Assembly (NCBI RefSeq): GCF_001194135.2
Contig: NC_068981.1
Coordinates: forward strand, 199,373,774 to 199,437,773
Length of the DNA stretch: 64,000 nucleotides
Origin: Octopus bimaculoides
Taxonomy: Eukaryota
Reading direction: 5' to 3'
Within the stretch, counting starts at the first letter, position 1; every line of letters starts with the position of its first letter. The notes beneath the pieces are model-generated. The model was given only the letters and a program-made list of their open reading frames with translations, made no database searches and had not been told where the DNA came from. A program made the translations under genes and the position numbers. Of the stretch, positions 38,069 to 51,565 are shown one piece after another.

Positions 38069-39406
38069 TAATTTGTAGCAATGGCTATTCTGCTAAAAGC
38101 ATGTCATGTAAACTGCAAATGGACCATGAGTGCTGTATGCTATCAGTGGAGGGTAAGTTCAAGGAAAAACGCTTTCCACTGTAATTTGGGGTAGAAAAGG
38201 TAGAGTCAAATGTCAGAGAATCCTCAAAATAAGATGGTGAAAGGTCAAGTTTAAATATATTTTATTTTTTTTTTTTTAACATCAAAACTGGAATAAAAGA
38301 AAAATGCTAAATATATCTAAATATATAAAAGGAGAAGGAGACTTTTAGAATTAGCCTGGAGTATCTTGGTAATAATTGGGTGTCTGTCCTGTGCTCATAA
38401 CATTGGTGACATTTCTACTTTCTTTTATTCATTAAAACTGATTTTGTTAAAGCAATTATTTGTCTTGTTCTAACATGTCCCTGTCTTCAATTAATGAATT
38501 AATTAATCATCACTGTTGTTACTATAGATGCCATCACCATCATCATCATCACTAACATCGCTACCGCCACCACCACCACCACGATCACCACCACCACCAT
38601 CACCACCACCACCNNNNNNNNNNNNNNNNNNNNNNNNNNNNNNNNNNNNNNNNNNNNNNNNNNNNNNNNNNNNNNNNNNNNNNNNNNNNNNNNNNNNNNN
38701 NNNNNNNNNNNNNNNNNNNNNNNNNNNNNNNNNNNNNNNNNNNNNNNNNNNNNNNNNNNNNNNNNNNNNNNNNNNNNNNNNNNNNNNNNNNNNNNNNNNN
38801 NNNNNNNNNNNNNNNNNNNNNNNNNNNNNNNNNNNNNNNNNNNNNNNNNNNNNNNNNNNNNNNNNNNNNNNNNNNNNNNNNNNNNNNNNNNNNNNNNNNN
38901 NNNNNNNNNNNNNNNNNNNNNNNNNNNNNNNNNNNNNNNNNNNNNNNNNNNNNNNNNNNNNNNNNNNNNNNNNNNNNNNNNNNNNNNNNNNNNNNNNNNN
39001 NNNNACCGCCACCACCATTATTACCATCATCATCATGATGGTCATCAACAACACTATCATCAGTTAATCATTCTCACCTGTAATTCCTTCATTCGTCAGA
39101 CCTGACCTCTTTCAGGTCATTTTGATCTTCCTCTAAATTTTTTTATTGCTCCCCTCCCACCCCACTCCGCTCCGCTCCCACCATCTCCACCAGTTTGTTT
39201 CCCCTCCTTCCATTTACTGCTCAGTCACTACCCCCCTCTCTTTCTCTATCCCCCCCATCCCAATCTGTCTGCAACATCACAAGATCCAATATCTTTCATT
39301 TCTTAACTCCTCAGAGAACCAAATAAAATTTGATAAAAGAGACCAGCAGACATTTGCATTCAATCATTTTCCTGAAGAAGCGAAACACTCGGCTGCAGAA
39401 ACCATT

Positions 39407-39438
<32 letters not shown>

Positions 39439-39765
39439 CCTCTCTCTCTCTCTCTCCTCTCTTACTCTCTCTCCTTCTCTATCTCCTTCTCTCCTCTCTT
39501 ACTCTCTCTTTCTTTCTCCTTCTTTCTCTTTCTCTTTCCTCTCTTTCTCCCTTTTTCTCTCTCTGTTTCGTTGTCTCCCTCTCTCTATCAATCTATCTCC
39601 CTCTTTCCTCGCTCTTTGCACACACACACACACACACACATACACACACACACACACATACACACACACACACACACACATACAAGAGAGCATGTGAGTG
39701 ATAGAGACAATTTGTATTCACACACATTATGTATACTGTAACATAGTGTATTGTTTTGTTATTCA

Positions 39766-39803
<38 letters not shown>

Positions 39804-40251
39804 TGTGTGCGTGTGTGTGTTTAGAGAAGACCAAATGTAGAGTGGAAATACAACAACAGTAACAATTTAAGCTGAATCACCTTAAATTGCTTCACTTGGC
39901 TCAGACATTACAGAATTAATTAATTAATACTATTATAAAGTTAATTGTTTAAGAAATATTTCTAATTAAAACAAGGTTCTTATCATTAAGACAAAACCAC
40001 AATTTTGTTGGGATGAAAGAATGAAAGTTGATTGAATGGAGAGACAGGACCAAGTACTGCACTTCCTTTCTGTGACACACCTCCTTTTTCTGCTCATCCA
40101 TTGATCTCTGATTACTTATTAATGATAATTATAAATACAAATAAATAATTTAGTGAACTACTTTCTTTTTAAACTAAACATTACAAAATTTTTCAACAGT
40201 CACTGATAAGCCTTTGCCGCTAATCTCCCATTAATGTTAATCCTTCTGCAA

Positions 40252-40421
40252 TTAGGCAGAATCATTAACAGTATTTTGCTTGTCTTTATGTTCTGAGGTT
40301 GATTTTGCTTTTCATCTTTTTAGGATCAATAAAATAAGTACCAGTTGCGTACTGGGCTCAATGTAATCGACTTACCCCATGCTCCCAAAATTACTGGTCT
40401 TGTGCCAAAATTTGAAATCCT
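40252..40421 (+). mobile_element. SINE family B (Deu/Nin-like core) with (ATT)n tail
   Basis: tttcatc...atcaataaaataagtaccagttgcgtactggg...gtgccaaaatttgaaa; matches 60466-60680. Confidence 0.75.
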
Positions 40422-40465
40422 TATTATTATTATTATTATTGTTATTATTATTGTTATTATTATTG

Positions 40466-40496
<31 letters not shown>

Positions 40497-40498
40497 AA

Positions 40499-40715
40499 AA
40501 AGGCAGAGAGGGGGGGGGGGCTGACCGAATTGTTAGGATGGTGGGCAAAATGCTGAGCAGTATTTCGTCTGGGTTCAAATTCTGTGAGGACTGACTTTGT
40601 CTTTCATCCTTTCAGGATCAATAAAATAAGTACCAGTCATATACTGAGGATCGATGTAATCAACTTACTCCCTCCCCTAAAATTGCTGGCCTTGTGCCAC
40701 AATTTGAAAACAATA
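40499..40715 (+). mobile_element. SINE family B, second tandem copy
   Basis: aaggc...ctgaccgaattgttagg...gggttcaaattc...aataagtaccagt...gtgccacaatttgaaa. Confidence 0.75.
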
Positions 40716-41394
40716 TTAATTGTCCTATTTTGCTCAACTCAGCCATAATAAAAGTCAAACATACTCCAATTACCGTTAATTAATTAAATATCACTAATGG
40801 CTATTTCCACATTTGGTATTAAAATATTTAGTTAGTTTGACAATTGCTGAAAGAGTTCAGCACCGTTTCCAACATAGTTTCTGCTCCAGGATTCGTATTG
40901 AAGACTCATCAACGAAGAAAACCTAAGAAAACTCACCCTTTGAGAAGCAGCAGTCAAAGCTCCCTCAACTTAGAGGATATTCTTGAAAAGGGAATAACAG
41001 ATCTAGGTCTACCGAAAAAGACAGGACAGTTTCACAATTGGAATCTCTCTCTCTCTTGTCATACTCCATCTTGATTAGGACTGACTTGGCGCTAAACAAT
41101 AACAAGTGAAGATGTTGATACATTATCAAGGAGCCATTACTAAACATGTTCATAAAAGCTTTTAATAAGATTTGTGAAGACAGAAGTGAAAGAAAGAGTT
41201 TGAAGAAGCAACCAACATTAGATGCTCAATTGTAAAATGAAAGGAGGAAAGCATCAGGAATCAGTGTATGAGGGACAGTCGTGTTTAGATTGCAATATTG
41301 GAGGACATCTTACGACAAGACACACACACACACACATTTCAAATGCAATCAACTTTCAAATCTCTTGCATTAAGTTACTTACTACTTTCTCTCA

Positions 41395-41489
<95 letters not shown>

Positions 41490-41625
41490 ATTTGTGAACA
41501 TTGACATAACATTAAGATTACAAAGATAGTTTGTTGTCTGATCAATGAATTAGAAAAGTAACAAGACGCAATGATCTCTGATAAATCTTTATACAGCTGA
41601 ACTTTTATGTACTCTGTCTTCTATA

Positions 41626-41663
<38 letters not shown>

Positions 41664-42122
41664 AGCTTAATTTAATGTTTCCTTTATAAGAAATAATAAG
41701 AGAAAGCTTCCCCTACAACAATACTGACTTCCTCCTCCTCCTCCTCCTCCTCCTCCTCTTTCTCGATGTTTGCTGGAATGTCTTACCTTTTCTTTACGTA
41801 TCTCAAGGATCACCACTTTCTATCCTTTATTATCGTCAAAGGAAATTAAAACTTGCACAAACATTATTTAATTGAGTGGAATTAAGATAAGTACCAGCGC
41901 AACTTTGAAAGTTCATCTTAAATGACAATTATCACCATCATCATCATTTAACATCCATCTTCAGCATTGACATATAATGGTATCAACTTTTCTAAGGATA
42001 TTAACACAGCTTCTTCCCATTCACAGAGAAGGCAACTTAAAGGCAACAACATTTCAAATTCATAAATAACCTGTAGTAAACGAGGTTCCTTTTGGTCTTT
42101 TATAGAAAACAATAATCGTTTG

Positions 42123-42157
<35 letters not shown>

Positions 42158-42352
42158 CCACCAACTTTGTTTCAGGAGCATGACAAACGAACCAAATAGA
42201 CAGATTATTCTTGACTCATTAAAAACAGCAGCCAAATGTCTATCAAATTGCAGGAAGGATAATGTGGTACCATATATTCTAATGTACAATAGCTAGGAAA
42301 ATTAGAAAGGTTTGTCATGGATGGAACGTCTTCAATCTATCATTAACATAAC

Positions 42353-42384
<32 letters not shown>

Positions 42385-42559
42385 GAGTCATCATGATCAT
42401 GACCATCCTTTAGCATCCACGTTTCAGTGTTAAGTGCCAATCGCTTAAAGTGAGTGCTGATCAGTTAAAGTGGACGGAAAACCAGTGGAAACCCAGGAAG
42501 ACATTGGGACAAAGTATTACAAGGAAGAGGACTAAGGAGCAAGATATCTGGTGAGTCCA

Positions 42560-42797
42560 GTACTGGACTCGAGAAGACTCGTCCACCACAGCAGAACCAA
42601 TGCCAGCGTTGGTGCCACATAAGAAGCACCCAGTGCACTCTATGGAGTGGTTGGCATTAGGAAGGGTATCTAGCCATAGAAACCATGCCAGGATAGACAA
42701 TGAAACATATTGCAGCCCTTGGCTTTATCAGCTCTGGTCAAACTGTCCAACCCATGCCAGCATGGAAAGCAGACGTTAAATGATGATAATGATGATG
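42560..42797 (+). mobile_element. RTE-like 3' UTR copy (tail-to-tail with the next copy)
   Basis: gagtggttggcattaggaaggg...ccaacccatgccagcatggaaagcagacgttaaatgatga. Confidence 0.8.
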
Positions 42798-42805
42798 TTT
42801 TATAT

Positions 42806-42990
42806 TGACATGGGTTGGATGGCTTGACATCATCAGATGGATCCAAGGACTGCATTGTGCTTCCCTGTCTGTTTCAGCTGAGTTTCTACAGCTGGAAGCC
42901 CTTCCTAACACCAACCACTTTACAGTTTAACCTGAGTGCTTTTTTTTCCTACCCCCAGCACTAGTGGGGTCACCATGCAGCCTGCAAGAT
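42806..42990 (-). mobile_element. RTE-like 3' UTR copy
   Basis: catgggttggatgg...gagtttctacagctggaagcccttcctaacaccaaccact. Confidence 0.75.
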
Positions 42991-43551
42991 GACAAACCCT
43001 AAAAGAGTTGGCTTTATACTAGAAGATGAGGGGTTAAGATATGAGAGAAGGGGTCAGTTTCTGGAGGAGCTGCATGGTTACTCACATTTTTGAAGTGGGG
43101 GTGGAGGGGATCAGCGTGGAGCTGCAAAGAGATAAAAATATTAGGGATGAAGTGTAAGAGTGGACCCTCAAGATAAGAAGTGAGTAGAAGGGAATGGGGG
43201 ACAGATGAGTTAGGAGTGGGGGTGGGTAGAAATTGCCAGACTGTGTGGGAGAATGAGAGACAGGGATTTGGTTAAGGTGTAAGAATGAAATGAATGACAG
43301 ACAGAAGTTGAGGGATAGACGTAGTGAATGGAGAATAGGGTATGACAGGGTGGAGTCCCTTGACGAATGGGGGTGGAGTCCCTTGACAAATGGTGGGGGA
43401 AAGAACAGCAGAGATTTGTTTCATGCTGACTTATTCACTACACATAATGGAATTGATTTAAATAATTCATTAAACCTAGTTTATTAATTAATGAGATTTA
43501 TAACATTTATCATGAACCTTTATATTTTATGAAGATAGTTGTAAGTGAAGA

Positions 43552-43715
43552 GATGGTCGTGTGGTCAAGAGGCTAACTTTGTGAACACATGGTTGCAAGT
43601 TCAATTTGACTCACAAATGTATACAATACAATAACTACAAGCACCAACCGGTGCCTTAGGATTAGAATTGGTAGAAAGAAACTGTATGGAAGCTTGTTAT
43701 GTATATGTAGGTGTG
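43552..43715 (+). mobile_element. Degenerate SINE (family A-related)
   Basis: tggtcgtgtggtcaag...catggttgcaagttcaat...ttggtagaaagaaactgtatggaagc. Confidence 0.5.
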
Positions 43716-44635
43716 CATATACATACATAGATATATTTAAATGGAAAAAATTTCCTGTTTTACAGAAAAAGGGTTCAACAAAAAGTTCAAACTTAAATTT
43801 TTTCCAAAAGAATTGATGTTTTACAGAAAAAGATTTGATAAAATGTTGAGCCTTCAAAAGTTAAAAACTAGAATCAAAAAAATAATACAATTTTAATTGG
43901 CATTTTGTTGCACTTTTGAAAAAAAATAATAATTTTAATAATAAACTCTTCCTTCTTTCTTTTCCTTTTTTCTCCTCCATTCCATTTTTCAATCCTTTCT
44001 CTTCATCTGGGTCATCATCCTTCTCCCCTCATCTATCTCTCTTTCATGCTTCTTTTCCTTTTCTCTTCTTCATTCCTTCATTCACCTCCTTCCATCTTCC
44101 CTCTTTGAATAACTCATTAGCCTTCTTCCTGGACCTACCTTTGTTTCATGTTTCTCCTCCCCTCTTTTTCTCTTCTCTCTTCCATTCTATTATCCATCTC
44201 CTTCCGTCCTTAATCTCCACCAAATGCCTCTACTTGTTCTTCTAAAAGAAATGATATAGTTAATCTTCATTTATTAATAAAAGGGGATTGAAGTGGTGAT
44301 ATCCACCCCCCACACTTTAAAAATAAGATGTGTTTGCTAATGAGTTGAGCATTTTAAAAAGTGCAACAAAATGCCAATTAAATTTTCATTTCTTCAATTC
44401 TAGTTTCTAACTTTTGAAGGATCAACATTTTATTAAACCTATTTTTTGTAAAGCAATTTCTTTTTAGAAAAATTTAAAGTTTCAACATTTTGTTGAATTC
44501 TTTTTCTGTAAAACAGGAAATATTTTTTTATCTAAATTTCTTGTTTTTCAAGATTATATTATTTCATTTATTATTTAGATTATCATTCAAATACCATTAC
44601 AAGAAATGATTTTAGTGTCACTAATAGTATTCCAT

Positions 44636-44831
44636 TTACTCTTTTACTTGTTTCAGTCATTTGACTGTGGCCATGCTGGAGCACTGCCTTTAGACAAGCA
44701 AATTGACTGCAGGACTTATTCTTTGTAAGCCTAGTACTTATTCTATCAGTGTCTTTTGCTGAACCACTAAATTACGGGGACATAAACACACCAGCATCGG
44801 TTGTCAAGCGATGCTGGAGGGACAAACACAG

Positions 44832-44884
<53 letters not shown>

Positions 44885-45063
44885 CATATACATATATACT
44901 ACGGGCTTCTTTCAGTTTCCGTCTACCAAATCCACTCACAAGGCTTTGGTTGGCCTGGGGCTATAGTAGAAGACACTTGCTCAGGGTGCCACACAGTGGG
45001 ACTGAACCCGGAACCATGAGGTTGCTAAGCAAGCTACTTACCATACAGCCACTCCTGCACCTA
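44636..45063 (-). mobile_element. Full-length tRNA-derived SINE family A
   Basis: Minus strand: gtgcaggagtggctgtatggtaagtagcttgc...gggttcagtcccactg, core, internal (TG)n, tail ...atgactgaaacaagtaaaagag. Confidence 0.9.
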
Positions 45064-45909
45064 GGTCAACAGAATTTTTGACAATGCAAGTATAATGCCC
45101 AAAATCAACTGTTTGTAATATATGCATAATAGCAGCTCTGAATTTGAAATACGTGCCAAAAATATTTTAGTTTTTTTTTTTTTTGTATTAAAATTTACAA
45201 TTTCAGCATTAATTTGCCTTGGCATTATTATTTTCAAATATAAATCTAGTTATACTGACGCACAGATATTTCGTATTGTTAGAGAAAATTCCATTGACTT
45301 TTTCCAAGTGTTCAGTATTTCTTTGGCTCTCATTGCAATATTCTAAACAGATCTGATTATTTCGTCCCAGACCACTCCTCAGCTAGCAGACCTTCAGCTT
45401 TCCCAATCATTTTGTATTTCTGATACAGTACATCTAGAAATACATCTTCAAATGCATCTTTTCTAAGAGACAGTAGCAAGTGATTTGAGGGCAATGTGGC
45501 TGCTATTTATAACAGGTTGCATGACCATTTGATCTCACATAATAACACCTGTATCTCCCTCCGTTTACATTATTCTGGTTACCTTTGAGCCCAGTGAAAA
45601 GAAAGCAAAGTTCTAATTTATTGAATTAATGAGAATTCAGACATGGTGTTAATTAAATTTCACCTGGCAATGATCACCTGAAAGAAGAGACAAAACATAA
45701 CCAGGGAGAAGACATGACTCAGTGGGCAGTTTAACTTCTCTGGTGTTGTGAGGTAGAGAGGAATAGGTAGAATGGACAGTAAAGAAAAGGTAGAACAAGT
45801 GTAAGAGAGAAAGAGAGAAAGTTACTGCAGTAGGAGGAGGAAGAGTGTGAGAGGGAAATGCAAGTTGAAAGAGAGAGAAAGACAGAGAAAGACAGACAGA
45901 TAGATTGAT

Positions 45910-45982
<73 letters not shown>

Positions 45983-46869
45983 AGACAGAAAAATAGATAT
46001 AGAGAGAGGGGAGGACTCATAGACAGACAGAGAACTGACAGAATGAGAAGGAGAATAAGTTGAAAAGAGAGTAAACAAACGTAGAAAGATGAAGAGTGAG
46101 AGAGTGAAAAGTAAAGAGAAGAGTCAAAGAGAGAGAGAGAGAGAAAGAGAGAAAGAGAGAGAGAGACAGATAGAAAGATAGATATATAGAGAGGGGATGA
46201 CTGACAGAAAGGAGAGGAGAATAAGTAGGAGAGAATGTAAATAAACAAAGAAGGAAGAAGAGTGGGAGAGGATGAGTGGGAGAGGATAAATAAGAGTAAA
46301 AGAGAGAGAGAGCTGAGCGAAATGTGAATATGAAGAGGATGTTGAGTAAATAATGTTAAGAATATTTTATCATTGTTACAATTATTAGTTATTATGCTTT
46401 AAAACTGAAATAAAGATTATAATATAATGAAAATTTTAACCTAAAATATATGCAATTTTAACCAAGTTTAAGAAAATTAATGGAAATTAAAAAAGTTTGA
46501 AAAGTTTGATATTTTTAATGTTTGGTGGAGGTTACGGAATTATAAGTGAAGACTCATTTGAGCTTGACTCAATAGTTTGTTGGGTCAAGCACTAAAACTC
46601 TATGGAAGTTTGTTGTGTGTGTGTGTGAGGGGTGGCTGCGTGTGTGCGTGTGTGTGCGTGTGTGTGTGTGAGGGGTGGCTGCATGTGTGCGTGTGCGTGT
46701 GCGTGTGTGTACATAAATATCAAACAGTGAGAGTGAGTACTCAACACTGCATTTGGTGGATGAATATTCTTTATTTGTGGATTAACAAAGCAACCAATGG
46801 TTTCATGTTAGGAAATCTTCAGAATTGTTCAAGCAAACACACACACACACACACACATCAAACGCACTG

Positions 46870-47145
46870 GTGCTCTGTCATTTTCAACTACAGGGGTTTC
46901 TGTCAATACGCTCAACGGAACAACCTGCTCATGAAATTAACATGCAAGTGGCTGAGCACTCCACAGACACATGTACCCTTAATGAGAGATTTAGTGTGAC
47001 ACAGAATGTGACAAAGTTAGTCCTTACAGGTACAACTCATTTTTGCCATCTGAGTGGACTGGAGCAATGTGAAATGAAGTGTCTTGCTCAAGGATACAAC
47101 ACATCACTGGGAATCGAACTCAGTATTGTGTGCCAAATACCCTAA
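46870..47145 (-). mobile_element. SINE family C
   Basis: Minus: gagttcgattcccag...tccttgagcaagacacttcatttcacattgctccagtccactcag; shares its core with 48118-48400. Confidence 0.7.
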
Positions 47146-47853
47146 CCCCTAAGTCACACATCAAACCCACTCACACATCAAGCACACTCACGCATATACA
47201 CACACACACACATCAAGCACACATGCACAGTCACAGATATGTACACACACACATACACACACACATATAAATATAAGTTTTACCAAGAAACATTGCTGCA
47301 CAACTAATCCTGTAGAAGACTTTCCATAAGTGATTTATAAATGGTCGTTAAGTTATTGATCGTGTAAACTAATTAAAACTAAATATATAAGTTGATTAAC
47401 ACAGAGCTTTTGCCACATACAAAGGGAAACTAAGTTAAGAGATTCTGTTCAAGTCCCTTTCATGTTGTTGGAAGCTTTCATAGTTTCCAATTAATGAAAT
47501 CAAATAATTAGAGAAAAAGTAGCATTTTCTAAAGGTCAGAGATGTGAAATACATTTTTTAAAGCAAAGATATTTGAGTAAAGAAATAATATTGAAACAGG
47601 AATCGCTTCCAAAAACATCAATAATGTAATCAATATCATTGAAAAGATGCTATTTAACTCCAGTTTAGTCCTCATCAAACAGACTTACAATCTAAACGAG
47701 ATGTCTCGTTATTTGCAATGATTCCAATTTTAATTAAATGGATTCATTAAAGTTGAGAGACTTTTTTATCATTTAATGTTGCCTGGATTCTTTCATAGCA
47801 ATATTAATAACTATACATAATAAGTGTATGATATTCATATGTCTGCACACCTA

Positions 47854-47910
<57 letters not shown>

Positions 47911-48117
47911 GTGAACTGAGACACTTATAACTTTGAAGTTTCACCAGGTGTATAGCTTTTCAAACTTTTTGAATAAACCATACATGTGATATGAATCTTC
48001 AAAGTTACTGTTAGTAAAAGTATTACATATATGGTGGTGGTGGTGGTGGTGGTGGTGGTGGTGGTGGTGGTGGTGAGGATGATGATGATGATGATGATGG
48101 GGATGATGATTTCCCTC

Positions 48118-48400
48118 TCTGGCCTACTGGTTAAGGTGTTGCACTCTCAACAGCTAGATCATGGGTTCAATTCCCCAGAGTGGGTGGTGCATTGCATCCT
48201 TGAGCAACACACTTCATTTCACTTTGCTGCTGTCCCAGCTGTAAATAGGTAACCCTGCAATGGAATAGTCTTTGGATCAGGAGGGAATGTTGGCCTGTTC
48301 GCCTGTGGGATGGCATCATTCGAAAGCTAAAACAATGCAAGGTGCATTGTGGCCAGTGATGTATGACAACATCGAATAGTCTGGTCAATCACGTGATACA
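48118..48400 (+). mobile_element. SINE family C-related, tRNA-like head
   Basis: tggcctactggttaaggtgttgcactc...gggttcaattcccc...tccttgagcaacacacttcatttcac. Confidence 0.7.
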
Positions 48401-48424
48401 CACAAATATATTATTATTATTATT

Positions 48425-49880
48425 TTATGTTTGACTTTTGTTTTGCATTTGTACAAGTTGGATCCAAGTCTCACCCAGAGACCTCAAGAGACAACAAGTT
48501 AGAAGTTCATGTAGGTGTTATGCCTAGGGTACCATATATTTGGATTTGTACAGTTTTGTTCTAGTGAATGTTTAAGAAACCATAAGAAAATTATGTGTTT
48601 GTTTTAAAATTTGAGATCACATAGACAGTATTTTACGTAGGATATGGGCAGTACCCATGAGCACTATCTTTTGAACTTCAGCCATTTTGGGGTTTCCTGG
48701 TATCTGAGCTAGGTAGTAATCAGCCCGTTTCNNNNNNNNNNNNNNNNNNNNNNNNNNNNNNNNNNNNNNNNNNNNNNNNNNNNNNNNNNNNNNNNNNNNN
48801 NNNNNNNNNNNNNNNNNNNNNNNNNNNNNNNNNNNNNNNNNNNNNNNNNNNNNNNNNNNNNNNNNNNNNNNNNNNNNNNNNNNNNNNNNNNNNNNNNNNN
48901 NNNNNNNNNNNNNNNNNNNNNNNNNNNNNNNNNNNNNNNNNNNNNNNNNNNNNNNNNNNNNNNNNNNNNNNNNNNNNNNNNNNNNNNNNNNNNNNNNNNN
49001 NNNNNNNNNNNNNNNNNNNNNNNNNNNNNNNNNNNNNNNNNNNNNNNNNNNNNNNNNNNNNNNNNNNNNNNNNNNNNNNNNNNNNNNNNNNNNNNNNNNN
49101 NNNNNNNNNNNNNNNNNNNNNNNNNNNNNNNNNNNNNNNNNNNNNNNNNNNNNNNNNNNNNNNNNNNNNNNNNNNNNNNNNNNNNNNNNNNNNNNNNNNN
49201 NNNNNNNNNNNNNNNNNNNNNNNNNNNNNNNNNNNNNNNNNNNNNNNNNNNNNNNNNNNNNNNNNNNNNNNNNNNNNNNNNNNNNNNNNNNNNNNNNNNN
49301 NNNNNNNNNNNNNNNNNNNNNNNNNNNNNNNNNNNNNNNNNNNNNNNNNNNNNNNNNNNNNNNNNNNNNNNNNNNNNNNNNNNNNNNNNNNNNNNNNNNN
49401 NNNNNNNNNNNNNNNNNNNNNNNNNNNNNNNNNNNNNNNNNNNNNNNNNNNNNNNNNNNNNNNNNNNNNNNNNNNNNNNNNNNNNNNNNNNNNNNNNNNN
49501 NNNNNNNNNNNNNNNNNNNNNNNNNNNNNNNNNNNNNNNNNNNNNNNNNNNNNNNNNNNNNNNNNNNNNNNNNNNTAGAAAGCATTTTTTTTCTTCATGA
49601 TCTTTGACAACTATATCTGGTCTATTTGCCTTAATTTCTCTATCTGTGTGTATTGGCATATCCCAGAGTATGGTTGCTTTCTCGTTTTCTGTGACCTTTT
49701 CTGGCGTGTGTTTATACCATCTTTTTTCTGTTGTTATTCCATAGTGTTGGCATAGCTTCCAGTGTATATAGGTCCCAGCTCTGTCGTGTCTGTGAATATA
49801 TTCCTTCTTAGCCAGGACTGGGCAGCCAGAGATAATATGATTTATTGTTTCTTGTCGATCTCCACATATTCTACAGTTAC

Positions 49881-49883
<3 letters not shown>
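48425..49883 (-). mobile_element. 5'-truncated R4/Dong-like RLE retrotransposon inserted in (TAA)n; middle is an N-gap
   Basis: CCHC knuckle CRICGDRQETINHIISGC, RHD, RLE motif NRPDIVVKD, C-terminus QIPGNPKMAEVQKIVLMGTAHILRKILSM*; TAA arrays on both sides. Confidence 0.9.
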
Positions 49884-49935
<52 letters not shown>

Positions 49936-50169
49936 GGCACGGAAGCTATTATCCTTATTACTTAAAACAGTTTGATTTGGCCTCATGTGGCTTAATGCTT
50001 CAATGGTGCCTTACAGAAACCTACCATATCAGACTCAGTTAACCAAATGAGGAAATGCAGGAAGTCCAAGATGGCGACAGGAAACTGTTATTGGACAAGG
50101 AAGGTGACACGGGGTTGTTAGAAGTGAGATCAACATTCCAGTGAGACCAGATGCATTAAAAAGTAGAAT

Positions 50170-50214
<45 letters not shown>

Positions 50215-50215
50215 C

Positions 50216-51040
50216 ACAGGGTGCGGTGGGTAAATTGTCGCCATTCTATATTTTTAATTTCATGTATTATTTGTTTTTTGATTTTGTCAACTACACAGTT
50301 GCGAAATCATGATGGCACCTGTACCAGTGGAGCACTAAGAGCACCGTCCGAGTGTGACAGTTGCCAGAGCAGCTGTCTAGCTTCCGTGCCGTAAATAACA
50401 CCAGCATGATCGTTACCAACGTCGCCTTCCTGGCACGTAAAAAAACATCCGAGCGAGATCGTTGCCAGTGCCGATGGACTGGCTCCTGTGCAAGTGACAC
50501 CTAAAATACACCATTTCGAGTGTGGCTGTCGCCAGTACCACCTGACTGGCCTTCGTGCCGGTGGCACGTAAAAGCACCCACTCAGGTGGTACTGGCGACA
50601 GCCACACTCGAAATGGTGTATTTTAGGTGTCACCTGCACAGGAGCCAGTCATGGCTGTCAGATAATTTCTGCGACCACATCACCCCTAACATCTGGCCAC
50701 CTAACCTATCAGACTGTAACCCCCTTGATTATTATGCGTGTAGCACAGTTGAGTGAGAGATTAACAAAACTCCTTGTAACACCAAATATGAATTGAAGGC
50801 AAGGATTATGGCAGCATTCATCAACTTAAACAAGGAGACCAACCAGAAGAATTGCAGGCGATTCCGAAGTCACCTGGAGGCCGTGGTTGAAGCAAATGGC
50901 GATTTTATTGAAAAAATTTGCTCTTTAGTATTTCAAAATAGTTTTATGTAATTCTGGTGAATATATCTGTTAAAATTAGATGTCAGTGTTATTTTCATAT
51001 TTGCGTAATTTAGACAACAGTTTATTCACTACACCTTGTA
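50216..51040 (+). mobile_element. Deleted DD37D/maT-like transposon carrying an RTE-UTR insertion
   Basis: Degenerate TIRs cagggtgcggtgggtaaattgtcg / gacaacagtttattcactacaccttgTA; WLSDNFCDHITPNIWPPNLSDCNPLDYY...FRSHLEAVVEANGDFIE, homologous to 32450-32700. Confidence 0.75.
50300..50650 (+). mobile_element. RTE-like 3' UTR segment ending in a 69-bp fold-back
   Basis: Repeated UTR units gatcgttgccagtgcc...gtggcacgtaaaagcacc, then an inverted copy. Confidence 0.85.
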
Positions 51041-51051
51041 GTTATATATAT

Positions 51052-51103
<52 letters not shown>

Positions 51104-51565
51104 ATAGGAAGGACAACAAAAGAAAGAAAGAGACCTCGATATTATATTTAAATAGAGGAATTTATCTGTAAAGAATGGCCGGATAACTGAAGAGGTGTTG
51201 GCATGGGTTCCCACCCTGGCATGGAAGGCTAAGGGGTTGCTTACACTTTCCCAGTGTGTCACCCCAGTCTACAGATTGGAAGGGGTATCTTACTCTCCCT
51301 GATGTGAGTGTTGTACCATACCATATATCAAATGCAGAAACATGTGTAACAGATGAAATAATGGAATATCTAATTCATGCTACGTGTTTTTCTCTCAGAA
51401 TGGATTTGCTCTTCCTAATACGTTACAGGCTTGTACTAGTTACATAAAACCCTGTCAGATCATGCATGAAAGGGAGTGTAATGGGAAGTTTTAAAGAGCT
51501 GTATCTACTATCGTAATTCTGTCGAGCACTGTGTACATCTATGCCCTCTTATACATACATACTAC

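Noticed and set aside
38079-38152. 74-nt AG/GTAAGT-bounded segment with two open frames
   Set aside because: The acceptor derives from the edge of a LINE UTR copy and the peptide is uninformative; chance is likely.
40937-40981. Minus-strand segment with a good acceptor and GTGAGT donor
   Set aside because: Stops in all three frames; at best a non-coding exon, unsupported.
44990-45063. tRNA-like sequences with A/B boxes (also 11516, 20675, 48118, 60600)
   Set aside because: SINE heads; they continue into SINE bodies and lack a full cloverleaf.
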